From NCBI GenBank assembly GCA_965205015.1, contig OZ242029.1, positions 160,001-224,000 of the forward strand: DNA of 64,000 bases, read 5' to 3'. Source of the DNA: Candidatus Poribacteria bacterium (GTDB taxonomy: Bacteria; Poribacteria; WGA-4E; WGA-3G). Numbering within the stretch: position 1 is the stretch's first letter; each line of letters begins with the position of its first letter. The notes beneath the pieces were generated by a model that was not told the origin of the DNA, made no database searches, and saw only the letters and a program-made list of their open reading frames with translations. A program made the position numbers and the translations under genes. Shown here piece after piece: positions 46,737 through 57,553 of the stretch.

Positions 46737-48191
46737 TCATATCTCCTGTCGGCAGAAGACAGCAAAAGCGGTCATAAATAGCACTGGGTTAAGAAGGAAA
46801 AGGAGGAGAAGGTCTGGGAGTGCACGGTTACTGGCATCTCCAGAGACGCTTGGCAGGTGATACGAGAATCGGGGGACATCCGCCCATCGGACACCGCCTT
46901 TATCACTCGCAAACCATTGGCGTGAATTGAACGCCTTTTGGTCGTAAAAATAGCCTAAGAGCGTCTCTCTGTACTGCCGACCTGCGTTGAAGAAGTCTTC
47001 CATTCTGGCGATATCTGTGCCTGCCCATGCCGCGGTTGAGAGTTGATATAAACCTGTAGGTGAAAATCGGAGAACGTTTCGGGCGGTGCGCGATTTAGGG
47101 ATATAGGTTTCAGAAAAGGCTTGCTCTCGGACCCGCCAGACTGCTTTCGCTGTGTTCATCTGCAATGCTGTTATGGTTTCAAAATAGGCTTTCACGGCGG
47201 GGACATCCGGCTCGCTTTCCACCGGAATAGATGTGATCGTCTTACTCCGATGGGTGTAACCGCCATGCCACCCCCGTCCGAGATGCTCAAAGGGGTTCTG
47301 TAACTTTTCTTCCTCGCGATAGAAACGCTCGGCAAGTTGGTCAATGTGTTGATGTGCTTGCGCCATTCTCTCCGACGTATCCATAAAGCGGTTCACAAGA
47401 AATAGGCTCACGTTCGGATAGAGCAACGTCAGTACTACCCAGATGAACATTGAAACAATAAGGGATGTTGCCGTGCGGTGAATTATGCTGGAGATAAGCA
47501 ACCCAATGAGATAGAACGTGGAGGTATAAATAACCGTTGTAAGGAAGATACCTCCGACGCGTAGGAATTCATCAGGGGTGTAATGGATAGCATTGGATTG
47601 AAGTTGCAGCAGGAGTGCCAATAAGAAACTCATTAACAGGGGTAGTGTCAAGCATAACATAGCACCCAAATATTTTGACAATACAATCAAGCCGCGTCCA
47701 ACAGGGTTGACAAGGATTAGGCGTAACGTACCATTCTCGCGGTCGCCAGCGATCGCGTCGTAAGCAAACACCAGGGCAAGGAGGCTTGAAAGAATTTGGA
47801 AGATAGAAACCAGATCTATATCAGCAAGGAGATGTCGGAACGGATTATTGAAGCCGGCACTGCGGTAGACATCCGCCCATAAGAAGGGGACCTCTCCAAG
47901 GCGGATCTGGATAGAATTTCCTGCACGCTTGTCAAGCCCTTGATTGAAGAGACTCAACGGATTCGGGGCTCTGTCAAGAAAGGGCGTAAAATCTGAGTAG
48001 GTTTCCGCACGAGTAGCTCGCTCCTGGTGTTCTTGGACTGCGGCGTTGTAACTCGCAAGCCTTCGTTCATAGTTGTCTGTTAAAACAATGCTGCCCGCGA
48101 GCACAAGGAGGAGATATGAAATCAGGGTTACCAAAAACCGGAACGTCATTAAATTGGTTAAAAGTTCATGTCGAATCAGCGTCCAAATCAC
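46737..48191 (-). CDS. ABC-2-type transporter permease (paralog)
   Basis: LIRHEL, YDAIAGDRENGTLRLIL, SKY; ends CRQEI. Confidence 0.8.
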   Translation of the reverse strand: MIWTLIRHELLTNLMTFRFLVTLISYLLLVLAGSIVLTDNYERRLASYNAAVQEHQERATRAETYSDFTPFLDRAPNPLSLFNQGLDKRAGNSIQIRLGEVPFLWADVYRSAGFNNPFRHLLADIDLVSIFQILSSLLALVFAYDAIAGDRENGTLRLILVNPVGRGLIVLSKYLGAMLCLTLPLLMSFLLALLLQLQSNAIHYTPDEFLRVGGIFLTTVIYTSTFYLIGLLISSIIHRTATSLIVSMFIWVVLTLLYPNVSLFLVNRFMDTSERMAQAHQHIDQLAERFYREEEKLQNPFEHLGRGWHGGYTHRSKTITSIPVESEPDVPAVKAYFETITALQMNTAKAVWRVREQAFSETYIPKSRTARNVLRFSPTGLYQLSTAAWAGTDIARMEDFFNAGRQYRETLLGYFYDQKAFNSRQWFASDKGGVRWADVPRFSYHLPSVSGDASNRALPDLLLLFLLNPVLFMTAFAVFCRQEI

Positions 48192-48355
48192 TTGTTGTTT
48201 CCGTTTTCACATTTTGCTGGGGTGGAACTTGCTTCTTTTCAATCTTCAAATGATCATACAACCTTCATTTATATACCCGCTTGGATGCACTTTTCAAGCG
48301 TTTAGCGGAATTGGAGTCGGAAGGTCGGAATTCGGAGATCCCGCCTATAAATATA

Positions 48356-48384
48356 TTGCCAATTGCGTGATGACGTGCTATTCT
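48356..48384 (+). promoter_or_regulatory. Promoter giving a probably leaderless mRNA
   Basis: TTGCCA-N17-TATTCT with extended TG, 7 nt before ATG 48392; no SD. Confidence 0.5.
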
Positions 48385-48391
48385 ATTTAAT

Positions 48392-49798
48392 ATGAAAACG
48401 GAAACGCGAACCCCCTCAGCGATACACGCCCCCGGCGCAATCCTCTTGATCTCTTGCTACGAACTCGGGCACCGACCCATCGGACTCACCCGTCCACTTC
48501 GCGCCCTTGAAGCCGCAGGATTCGCGCCCGATGCAATTGATATTGCTGTCGAACCGCTGGACGTTGAGAAGGTCGAGCGCGCACACTTCATCGGCATCTC
48601 TGTCCCGATGCATACTGCATTGCGACTGGGGGTTCATCTCCTGGATCGTATCCGTCAACTCAAGCAGGGGACACCCTATACAATATGCATGTACGGGCTT
48701 TACGCGACGCTCAACGCCGATTACCTGCTTTCACACGGTGTCGATTTTTGCATCGCAGGAACAGATTCAACGCAACTCGTCGCGCTGGCGGAATCCCTTG
48801 CGAAAGAAAAACAGTTCGAGACACGGGAATCTGATTTCCTTGCGGAACTACCCCCTCTGGAGACGTATGCTCGATTTGAGGACCAAGATGAGGTGCGAAC
48901 TGTCGGGTATACAGAGACGACACACGGGTGCAAGCACCTCTGCACGCACTGCCCCATTCCGCCTGTCTATAACGGCAAGTTTTTCGCTGTGCAACGCGAC
49001 ACCGTCCTCGCCGAAATAGCGGAACAGGTCGTGGAAGGTGCGACACATATCACCTTTGGGGATCCAGATTTTCTCAACGGTCCGACGCATGGACTCCGTA
49101 TCCTCCGGGCAATGCATGAGACTTTCCCAAGCCTCACTTTCGATTTCACCACCAAGATTGAGCATATCCTGAAAAATAGAGAACACTTCCCAGAATTCGC
49201 GCAACTCGGATGTCGGTTCGTCATCTCTGCCGTCGAAACACTGAACGAACAGGTGTTGACGATTTTGGAGAAGCATCACACGCGCGCCGATGTAGCGGAA
49301 GCGATTGACATCGTTCACGGAGCCGGGATCGCGTTGCGTCCGACATGGGTGCCGTTCACGCCGTGGACAACCTTGGACGACTATCTCGACCTCCTCCAGT
49401 TTATTGATACGCACGGTCTTGTGTATCACGTCGATCCGGTGCAGTACGCCGTTCGGCTGCTAATCCCACCCGGTTCATACTTGCTCAATCGTCCCGAAAC
49501 GAAAGAACTTTCACTGGTCCTTGACGAAGCCGCCTTCAGTTATACGTGGGCACATCCGGATGCCCGGATGGACGAACTTCATAAAACCGTCAATGCCCTC
49601 GTTGAAAACGACGCGCGAGCCGGTGTTGACGCGCTGAAAACCTTCTATCGGATATGGACCCTCGCTGCCGATATGCGAGGGCACTCCCCACCAACACAGA
49701 AAAAAGAAGCGCATCTACCCGCACCACGACTCACCGAAGCGTGGTTCTGCTGAGCGGAACCCACCAAAGGGCAGTTTGCCCCAATTCAATTTTTTTAG
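48392..49798 (+). CDS. CUAEP-tail radical SAM selenoprotein; TGA 49751-49753 read as Sec
   Basis: CKHLCTHC; N-terminal B12-binding-like domain; ...AWFC-TGA-AEPTKGQFAPIQFF-TAG; hairpin after the TGA. Confidence 0.85.
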
Positions 49799-49820
49799 AA
49801 TATTGGGTTAAGGAGAAAAT

Positions 49821-50507
49821 ATGTCAGAACAATTACAAGAATTACTCAATTTAGAGACTGCCCCTGTCGCGGTAACGTTTCACGACACACAACCGGACGG
49901 TGTTTCCCGTGTGGAAAAGGTCGAAGCCTCGGGTTGCACCTACTGGCGACGTGCCGCGGAAGGCAAAACCTTCTATACGGAAGCCCCCGACCATTACAAC
50001 TGTCCGATAGGGTGCTACACACATAACATTGCGTTACCAGACGCACAGATGAAAGAACTCGAAAACACACTCGGATTGATGGGCGAACTCGGCTACATCA
50101 CGATGGAAGAAGTCCCCGGTATCCCGACCCGGGACACCCCGTTCAAAAGCGCGGTCTATGCCCCTCTATCCAATGCAACAGACACGCCGGATGTCGTCAT
50201 CATCTCTGGCACCCCGAAACAGATGATGTTTTTAGCAGAAGCCGCGACGGCTGCTGGCATCGGGGCGGAAGATAGCGTCATGGGACGTCCAACATGTGCA
50301 GCCATCCCTGCCGTTATACAGGGGGGACGGAGCGTAAGTAGCTTGGGATGTATCGGCAACCGCGTCTATACTGCCCTCTCTGACGATGACTTCTACTTCG
50401 CTTTCCCCGGCAAACACATCGACGCGCTCGTTGAAAAGTTGGAAACGATTGTGAATGCGAATCAAGCGTTAGAGGAATACCATCAGCAACGCCAATCGGA
50501 TTTTTAA
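49821..50507 (+). CDS. DUF169 family protein
   Basis: PVAV, GCTYW, HYNCPIG, PDVV, RPTCA, SLGCIGNRVY; AAGGAG SD. Confidence 0.8.
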   Translation: MSEQLQELLNLETAPVAVTFHDTQPDGVSRVEKVEASGCTYWRRAAEGKTFYTEAPDHYNCPIGCYTHNIALPDAQMKELENTLGLMGELGYITMEEVPGIPTRDTPFKSAVYAPLSNATDTPDVVIISGTPKQMMFLAEAATAAGIGAEDSVMGRPTCAAIPAVIQGGRSVSSLGCIGNRVYTALSDDDFYFAFPGKHIDALVEKLETIVNANQALEEYHQQRQSDF

Positions 50508-50651
50508 ACTTACCTTGCGGAGGTGCAACGTGGGTTAAGACTATTGCGCGCGTTTCTCAAATCCGCCCTCCTAGCGCAAGCCGCGTGTGGGCTTGCGGGA
50601 CAATGTTACGGGCTACGATTTCATTGCTAATAATGAGGAGATCCGAAGGTC

Positions 50652-51461
50652 ATGCAAAATGTCGCTGTTATCACTGGCGCAGCGAGCGGTATCGGACGAG
50701 GACTGGCAGAACGGTTCGCCGCGGCGGGTATGAAAGTCGTTCTCGCTGACGTTGAAGCGGCAGCGTTAGCCGAACTTGAGGCAGATTTAAAGGCTAAAGG
50801 TGCGACGGTTCTCACTATCAGAACGGACGTCTCAAACGCTACAGAGGTCGAAAATCTTGCCGCTCGAACACTGGACGTCTTTGGCGCCGTGCATATCCTC
50901 TGCAACAATGCGGGTGTCGTTTGTAGTCGACCTGTCTGGGAGCATACCCTCGCCGACTGGGAATGGGTGTTAGGCGTTAACCTGTGGGGCGTGATCCACG
51001 GCATTCGAGCGTTTGTCCCACACATGCTCGCGCAAGGGGACGAATGTCACATTGTGAACACGGCTTCCATCTTGGGTCTGGTAGGCGGCAGCGGTGAAGG
51101 TATCTATAAGGTAAGCAAACACGGTGTCGTCGCGCTTTCCGAAACCCTCGCCGCTGAATTGGCACAGAAAGGGGCTAACATTCAGGTACATGTGCTGTGT
51201 CCCGGATGGGTTCGCACAGGGATTCTGGATTCCGCCCGCAACCGTCCGGACGCATTGCAAAATCCAGCAGAGAAGAAGCGTCCACAAGACCTCGTTATTG
51301 GCGGTTCACGGAACACTCGCGCCGAGATGGAGGCGGGACTATCACCTACAGAGGTAGCAGAACATGTCTATAACGCCATCCAGGACGGCACCTTCTACAT
51401 TCACACACATCCTGAACACAAAGCATGGATTCGCGAGCGTATGGCGCGTATTCTCGAATAG
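50652..51461 (+). CDS. SDR family oxidoreductase
   Basis: TGAASGIG, NNAG, NTAS, YKVSK. Confidence 0.9.
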   Translation: MQNVAVITGAASGIGRGLAERFAAAGMKVVLADVEAAALAELEADLKAKGATVLTIRTDVSNATEVENLAARTLDVFGAVHILCNNAGVVCSRPVWEHTLADWEWVLGVNLWGVIHGIRAFVPHMLAQGDECHIVNTASILGLVGGSGEGIYKVSKHGVVALSETLAAELAQKGANIQVHVLCPGWVRTGILDSARNRPDALQNPAEKKRPQDLVIGGSRNTRAEMEAGLSPTEVAEHVYNAIQDGTFYIHTHPEHKAWIRERMARILE

Positions 51462-51486
51462 TCTCTGCCATCTTCACCGTATTTCA

Positions 51487-52569
51487 TCAAGTCAAATCCA
51501 GCACACTTCGTGCGACTTCGCCCCTTGCTAAAGCCTCAAACGCATCGTTGATCCCTTCCAACGGATAGGTGCGTGTAACGAGTTCATCCAGTTTAAGTTG
51601 TCCCGCTTTATAGAGCGAAACCAACCGTGGGAAATCCACATGCGGGCGCGCGGTCCCATACATCGAACCGATAACCGTTTTCTCAGCTATCAGCATCCGT
51701 GCGTCAAACTCGACTTGTGTGTTCTCTGGCGCATGCCCGACAAACACCGTCACGCCCCTACTCCGCGTGCAGAGGATCGCCTGTCGGAACGTTTCACCGA
51801 TCAATCCGATCGCCTCAAAAGCATAGTGGACACCGCGTCCATGGGTAATTTCCTTAATCCGCTCCACGGGGTCTACCTCGGAGGCGTTAACCGTGTGTGT
51901 CGCCCCAAACTGCTTGCCGAGTTCGAGCTTGTTGTCGAGGACATCAACGGCAATAATAGGTTCGCCACCAGACATCGCAGCACCCTGTATGCAATTGAGT
52001 CCAACCCCGCCGCATCCAAAAACAGCAACTGAACTGCCGGGTGAAACTTCTGCTGTATTGATAGCCGCACCGACGCCCGTCATCACGCCACACCCGATGA
52101 GGGCGGCTTGTGCAAACGGCATATCCTTATCAATCGGAACAACCGCGTCCTGTGGGACGATCGTTTCAGTACCAAATGTTCCTAATCCCGACATCTGGTC
52201 GATTTCACGCCCACTCGTTTTTATCGCAGGTCTCCCTGAACCATCGGAAGGGAGTGCACATAAATTCGGATACCCCTTCTGACACATTTCGCAGTATCCA
52301 CAGTTCCGTTTCCAAGAAAGGATTACATGGTCCCCCACTTGGACTTGTGTCACGTCGCTTCCGATCTCTTCTACGACACCCGCCCCTTCATGTCCAAGAA
52401 TGACAGGCAACCTAACGAAGGGCCAATCGCCCTTAACGACGTGCCAGTCGGAGTGGCAAACGCCACTGGCGACCAATCGCACCCGGACCTGATTCGCACG
52501 TGGACGCGGTGAGTCGAACTCTTCAATCCTTAAGTGTGTGTCCGTTTCATACAATACTGCGGCTTTCAT
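51487..52569 (-). CDS. Zn-dependent alcohol dehydrogenase
   Basis: GVCHSD, GHEGAG, CGYCEMC...C, GCGGVG. Confidence 0.9.
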   Translation of the reverse strand: MKAAVLYETDTHLRIEEFDSPRPRANQVRVRLVASGVCHSDWHVVKGDWPFVRLPVILGHEGAGVVEEIGSDVTQVQVGDHVILSWKRNCGYCEMCQKGYPNLCALPSDGSGRPAIKTSGREIDQMSGLGTFGTETIVPQDAVVPIDKDMPFAQAALIGCGVMTGVGAAINTAEVSPGSSVAVFGCGGVGLNCIQGAAMSGGEPIIAVDVLDNKLELGKQFGATHTVNASEVDPVERIKEITHGRGVHYAFEAIGLIGETFRQAILCTRSRGVTVFVGHAPENTQVEFDARMLIAEKTVIGSMYGTARPHVDFPRLVSLYKAGQLKLDELVTRTYPLEGINDAFEALARGEVARSVLDLT

Positions 52570-52703
52570 GAGGTCCCTCCGAAATTGGTATGGCGAGATC
52601 CAGCATTCTCTGGACCGATTAAGACTTTGGGTGTTGTCACGGTTATTATTATATCACTTTTGGGAAAAGATACAAGGTAAGATTTTCAGGACCGTTCAGG
52701 GAT

Positions 52704-52780
52704 TGGTTAGCAGTTACATAATGTTCCTGACATCATCAGAGTCCTCTTTAACCGATGACTGATAACCGATAACCGACAAC
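52704..52780. repeat. Family B heptamer repeat element
   Basis: ...GTCCTCTTTAACCGATGACTGATAACCGATAACCGACAAC, similar to 16788-16813. Confidence 0.6.
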
Positions 52781-52788
52781 TTTTAAGA

Positions 52789-52817
52789 TTGACATCTACC
52801 TCTTAAAACGCTATAAT
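52789..52817 (+). promoter_or_regulatory. Consensus sigma70 promoter
   Basis: TTGACA-N17-TATAAT. Confidence 0.75.
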
Positions 52818-52885
52818 AGATTAAAACGGATCTCTATGGGAAGCCCACTCAGCTGCCCTAAAAAACAGAATAGAGGAGGATTGAT

Positions 52886-53404
52886 GTGTTTGGTTTTAAT
52901 GTACCCCGCAAGCTTATATTAAAGAGTCGGAGAGTCCTACTCGTCGGCATCTGTGTCTTCGCCACGCTTTCGTGTGGAAGCGGGGTAATTCAGAACTTTG
53001 AGGGCATCCAGATCCAATCAGATCCACGCGTTAACAGGATCGATCTACGGATTTATCTGGTGGATAGAAACGGTATACCGCTGATATGGAATCAGAGCAT
53101 TCTGAGTCCGAGTGTCGGTGTGAGCACCGTTTCTGAGGCAGATTTCACCACCAATGCCAAAGTCTACTCTATGCGTAACGGAAAGCAACATAAGAAGGTC
53201 TACGATGGACGGCTCCTGGACCTCCGTTGGTCCCAGGAACTCAATAGACTGGATCGACTCATGACCGGAGAAATCCCGCGGGGTTTTATCGAAGAAGACC
53301 CGGAACGCGATACGCCTTTAGGTGTTATCACCGTTGAAATTCAGACTGAGAAACAGGGTCCCTTCTCGGACACCTTAGAGAGAACCGCCATCTATAAGTA
53401 TTAA
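52886..53404 (+). CDS. Hypothetical lipoprotein
   Basis: GAGGAGG SD with GTG start; TLSC lipobox. Confidence 0.65.
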   Translation: MFGFNVPRKLILKSRRVLLVGICVFATLSCGSGVIQNFEGIQIQSDPRVNRIDLRIYLVDRNGIPLIWNQSILSPSVGVSTVSEADFTTNAKVYSMRNGKQHKKVYDGRLLDLRWSQELNRLDRLMTGEIPRGFIEEDPERDTPLGVITVEIQTEKQGPFSDTLERTAIYKY

Positions 53405-53555
53405 GAAGACTGCACGCTACAGACACCGATGGTTCCTGAAAAAAACAAGTCCGAAACGAAGTGGAGGTGTTTTTGCTTGGGAGTTTTTTCAACTCGAACA
53501 CGAAGACTGATCAAGTCCTTAACAGTATTACTTATCCGCAAGGTAAATTAAAAGA

Positions 53556-54422
53556 ATGCCTATTCACACACAGGACTACCGACACTGGGAAGGCACACTG
53601 AACCCGCATCCTTATACACGGTGGTGGATTATCACAAAAGCGGAGTTAAAACTGCTGGCACAACGCAAAATTGTCCGATTAATTGTTGCTATCCCCCCCG
53701 CCATTTACATCTTGGTTCACGCAACCCTTATTTACATCCTTAATCAGGTGCCGGGCGCGGAATTTGGGTTTGACATTGACAATGCGTTTTTTCAGCAATT
53801 CCTATTCCGAAACCCAGGTACAGGTCCCCCTTCCTCATTTCTCATCGCGCTGATCGCTATTTTCGGTGGCTCGGGGTTAATCGCGACAGATCTGAAGAAC
53901 AACGCGCTCGCTCTCTACCTCTCAAAGCCTATCTCATGGATAGATTACCTGATTGGGAAATGTGCTGTTATCGGTATCTTGCTCGGTTGCCTCACATTAG
54001 TTCCCGGATTGTTGCTGTTTCTTGAACACATACTGCTGACCGATACTTCCTTTCTGAAAGAGAGCTATTGGATCCCTCTTTCGATCATTGCCTACTCGGC
54101 GATTATCACACTTTCCTCCAGTCTATTGATGTTATTGTTCTCATCGCTTACCTCAAATCCTCGCTATGCCATCATCGGTTTTTGCGCCGTGTGGTTCGGC
54201 TCGCCTGTTATCTATGAGATCCTCAAAGCGATTACCCGCACCAGCAAAATGGCGTTAGTCTCTATTTGGGCACACTACGATATTCTCGGCACAGTCCTGT
54301 TTGCGGGTTCACAGAACTACGCCGTGCATTGGGTGTGGGCACTTCTCATCCAGATTGCATTGATAGCCCTCTGTCTCTTTGTACTTCATCGTCGGATTCG
54401 CGCAGTCGAAATCATCAAATGA
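53556..54422 (+). CDS. ABC-2-type transporter permease
   Basis: LIATDLKNNALALYLSKPISWIDYLIGK; about 6 TM segments. Confidence 0.8.
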   Translation: MPIHTQDYRHWEGTLNPHPYTRWWIITKAELKLLAQRKIVRLIVAIPPAIYILVHATLIYILNQVPGAEFGFDIDNAFFQQFLFRNPGTGPPSSFLIALIAIFGGSGLIATDLKNNALALYLSKPISWIDYLIGKCAVIGILLGCLTLVPGLLLFLEHILLTDTSFLKESYWIPLSIIAYSAIITLSSSLLMLLFSSLTSNPRYAIIGFCAVWFGSPVIYEILKAITRTSKMALVSIWAHYDILGTVLFAGSQNYAVHWVWALLIQIALIALCLFVLHRRIRAVEIIK

Positions 54423-54456
54423 CCCCTGTATAGCGAACAGGAGCCGCGCCTACTGA

Positions 54457-55317
54457 TCAGCGTAACCTTGCGCCATTCGCATCCCACATCTCAGCCTCAG
54501 AATAGACCTGTGGAGGCGTTATTGAGGTCAACGTCGGTGTCCAATCTGCACGGAATTTTTGAACTAACCGCACCGCGTTCCGGTAGGCAATCCGTTCCTT
54601 TGTTTCATCGTTCAGTTGTGCGGATTCAATTTGCGCCTGCACCAGACGAAAATCATAATACGGCAGGTCGCTCCCAAACATAAGCCTATCGTTACCGAGA
54701 TGATTGACGAGATGGACGAGATCCCAACTTGCGTCTGCCCCCTCCGGTTTCTGTGCGACATCGAACCAGACATTCTCGCATTTCCCACAATGATCAATCG
54801 CCTCGAGATGCCCGGCTTTGTTCATCGAAACATGTCCGATGATGAACGTTATCGCCGGAAACCGCTGCGCGTAAGCAGCAATATTTTGGGTAGAGCCTGC
54901 CTGATGTAATAGACATAACCCGTTGTGCATCGCCACCACCTCAAGGAACGCGTGCAACTCACCCCCGAGCGAGTGCCCAGAGAGCCCAGGGTGACACATA
55001 AATCCGACCAAACCGTCTTCCCGCATGGCTCTGTCCAATTCGTCAGCACCTGCTTGTTCGTGCCGAACTTCCGCGATCCCAAGTCCAATTGGAAAGCGGT
55101 CCGGATAACGCTTGCATGCGTTGGCAATCGTTTCGTGTTGTGCGCGTGTGTCCAATACACCCCGCGCCTGCGGGCTACCCCCCGTTGGACACGGAATCGC
55201 TCCGATAACATCTGCCGAAGCCATTCGGGCAAGACATCGTCCGACGCTCTGTCCTACAGTCGGGGCGCGTGATACCGTCATACCGATGTGACAATGGACA
55301 TCGAAATAGGGACGCAT
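54457..55317 (-). CDS. Amidohydrolase_2 family metallohydrolase
   Basis: DVHCH, CHP, IIGH, MFGSDLP. Confidence 0.85.
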   Translation of the reverse strand: MRPYFDVHCHIGMTVSRAPTVGQSVGRCLARMASADVIGAIPCPTGGSPQARGVLDTRAQHETIANACKRYPDRFPIGLGIAEVRHEQAGADELDRAMREDGLVGFMCHPGLSGHSLGGELHAFLEVVAMHNGLCLLHQAGSTQNIAAYAQRFPAITFIIGHVSMNKAGHLEAIDHCGKCENVWFDVAQKPEGADASWDLVHLVNHLGNDRLMFGSDLPYYDFRLVQAQIESAQLNDETKERIAYRNAVRLVQKFRADWTPTLTSITPPQVYSEAEMWDANGARLR

Positions 55318-55359
55318 AACGCCTCCTTCTTTATAATTTTTGGTTCAGTTATCGGGTCA

Positions 55360-55450
55360 AAAAAGAAGTCTGAACTATGATCTTTATGATGATGGGATTT
55401 CTTGCGATTCACTATTTCTCTAAATCACAGTCAATCACAAGAATCACAGA
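55360..55450. repeat. Family C intergenic repeat
   Basis: AAGTCTGAACTATGATCTTTATGAT followed by three AATCACA units at 9-nt period. Confidence 0.55.
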
Positions 55451-55458
55451 AACCCCGG

Positions 55459-56226
55459 TCAGAATTTCGGCACAGGCGTATAAGCATTAAAGCCATCGGT
55501 TCTATCTTCGCCTTGCAGCAGGTAAATATGGTGCTTGCGCCGCCACTCTGCCCCAGGATAGCGGACACTCGCTGGCATGTAGCGCATTGTATAACCACAT
55601 CGCCGTTTTTGTGAGACGTTCGGACTGGAGTTATGGATTGTCCACGCGTCGTGAAAATGGCACTCGCCGACTTCCAGTTCCAGATTGACCGCTTTCGATG
55701 TGTCTAAGTCCGCCTCCACAACCTCGCTGCCGAAGAGGTTATTCGTCCGATCAACATCCTCATAGCGACGATCCTGCAATTTGTGGCTGCCGGAAATAAC
55801 ACGCATACAGCCGTTTTCAACCTTCGATTCATCTACCGCCAGCCACATTGTGATCACGTCCATTGGATCAAGAGACTTACCCCAGTAGACCCCGTCTTGA
55901 TGCCACGGCACTGCCATCCCATCGTGCTCGCGCTTGCTAATGAAGTGGCTCGACCAGAGCACAATATCCGGTCCAACAAACCGTTCTATAACCTTCAATA
56001 CCCGTGGATGCGTTAGATATTTAAACAAAAACGGGTGCTCAAAATGCGGGACATCCATCTGTTCTGGACGTCTACCTTCCGGCAAATTCTCGATCATCTC
56101 GTCTACATAATCTCGGAGTGTATCCAACTCCGATTTCGTGAAGATCCGTCCAAACGTGAGATATCCGTTTTCTTTGTAAAACTCGACCTGCTCATCAGAG
56201 ACAGTTGTTTCCAGTTGCCAATCCAT
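55459..56226 (-). CDS. PhyH family dioxygenase
   Basis: PWHQD, NGCMRVISGSH, HNSSPN. Confidence 0.9.
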   Translation of the reverse strand: MDWQLETTVSDEQVEFYKENGYLTFGRIFTKSELDTLRDYVDEMIENLPEGRRPEQMDVPHFEHPFLFKYLTHPRVLKVIERFVGPDIVLWSSHFISKREHDGMAVPWHQDGVYWGKSLDPMDVITMWLAVDESKVENGCMRVISGSHKLQDRRYEDVDRTNNLFGSEVVEADLDTSKAVNLELEVGECHFHDAWTIHNSSPNVSQKRRCGYTMRYMPASVRYPGAEWRRKHHIYLLQGEDRTDGFNAYTPVPKF

Positions 56227-56404
56227 ATAGTCCTCCTTTTAGTGATTTATTATAGCCGGGTCTTACAGAAAGATCAAGTTAGAAAAAGTCGAGATTCGGA
56301 GATCTCGCCTACAGGCGCATTGCATCGTTCTGCCATAGTAGGAACGAGGTGACCTTACTTCTACAAACTTGACAATTCGCGGGGTTTATGCTAAATTACC
56401 AACC

Positions 56405-57553
56405 ATGAAAATTGTAATTGCGCCTGATTCATTTAAAGGGAGTGTCAGTGCTCTCGAAGCTGCACGTGCGATTGAGCAGGGACTCCGCCGCGTGTTTCCT
56501 GATGCCGTCATTGAGAAAATACCGATGGCGGACGGCGGTGAAGGAACTGTGCAATCGCTTGTTGATGCCACCGGTGGCCACCTCCACACACGCCGTGTGC
56601 TTGCCCCCCTCGAAAACGAGGTCGATGCGCAATTCGGTATCCTCTCCGACGGAGAGACCGCCGTTATTGAAATGGCATCCGCCTCCGGTCTCACACGCGT
56701 TGAACCGCACGAACGGAACCCACTTCGGACCACCACCTATGGCACTGGACAACTTATTCACACCGCTCTGGAAGTCGGATGTAGACGCTTGATCATCGGT
56801 ATCGGTGGCAGTGCAACAAACGATGGCGGCGCCGGAATGGCAGAAGCACTCGGGGTCCGATTGCTGGATACGAACGGAAAACAGATTCAGCGCGGTGGAG
56901 GAAGCCTTGGGCAATTAGCATCAATAGATGTAACCGGTTTACATCCCGCGATTGCCGAAACTGAAACCGTTGTCGCCTGTGATGTTAACAACCCTTTGAC
57001 TGGACCAGACGGGGCATCACACGTCTATGGACCGCAGAAGGGGGCAACGCCTGAAATGATTGAAACGTTAGATGGGCACCTTGCACATTTTGACGATATC
57101 TTGACCCAGACGTTCGGAAAATCCTTTAATGATATTCCCGGCGCGGGCGCAGCCGGTGGATTAGGCGCAGGATTGATGGCGTTCCTCAATGCCGAATTGC
57201 GACTCGGTATTGATATTATGATTGATGCCGTGAATCTCAAGGAACGGGTAAAAGGTGCCGCCCTCGTTTTCACCGGTGAAGGGCAACTGGACTTTCAGAC
57301 AGTGTTTGGGAAGACACCTGTCGGCGTTGCGAAGGTCGCGAAAGCGCACGACATTCCCGTTATAGCAATTGCGGGTGGCATCGCTGAAGGCGCCGAAGCC
57401 GTTTACGATGCCGGTATTGATGCAATGTTAGGCATTGTCCAAGAACCGATGTCTCTTGAAAATGCCGTTACAGATGCCTCACGACTGATCGCCGACATAG
57501 CAGAACAAGCAGCACGATTAATCGTCATCGGTCACGGTGGATTGAGAGACTAA
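56405..57553 (+). CDS. Glycerate kinase (GarK/GlxK type)
   Basis: MKIVIAPDSFKGS, ADGGEGT, GGSATNDGG, GAAGGLG; TTGACA-N17-TAAATT directly upstream suggests leaderless mRNA. Confidence 0.92.
   Translation: MKIVIAPDSFKGSVSALEAARAIEQGLRRVFPDAVIEKIPMADGGEGTVQSLVDATGGHLHTRRVLAPLENEVDAQFGILSDGETAVIEMASASGLTRVEPHERNPLRTTTYGTGQLIHTALEVGCRRLIIGIGGSATNDGGAGMAEALGVRLLDTNGKQIQRGGGSLGQLASIDVTGLHPAIAETETVVACDVNNPLTGPDGASHVYGPQKGATPEMIETLDGHLAHFDDILTQTFGKSFNDIPGAGAAGGLGAGLMAFLNAELRLGIDIMIDAVNLKERVKGAALVFTGEGQLDFQTVFGKTPVGVAKVAKAHDIPVIAIAGGIAEGAEAVYDAGIDAMLGIVQEPMSLENAVTDASRLIADIAEQAARLIVIGHGGLRD

Noticed and set aside
45287-48191. ABC permease pair without ATPase as a novel transporter
   Set aside because: The ATPase can be encoded elsewhere in the genome, so its absence from this window is not informative.
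52820-52885. Possible riboswitch in this leader, also at 12515-12595 and 30745-30950
   Set aside because: Only short stems seen and no recognisable aptamer consensus; an Rfam search would be needed.
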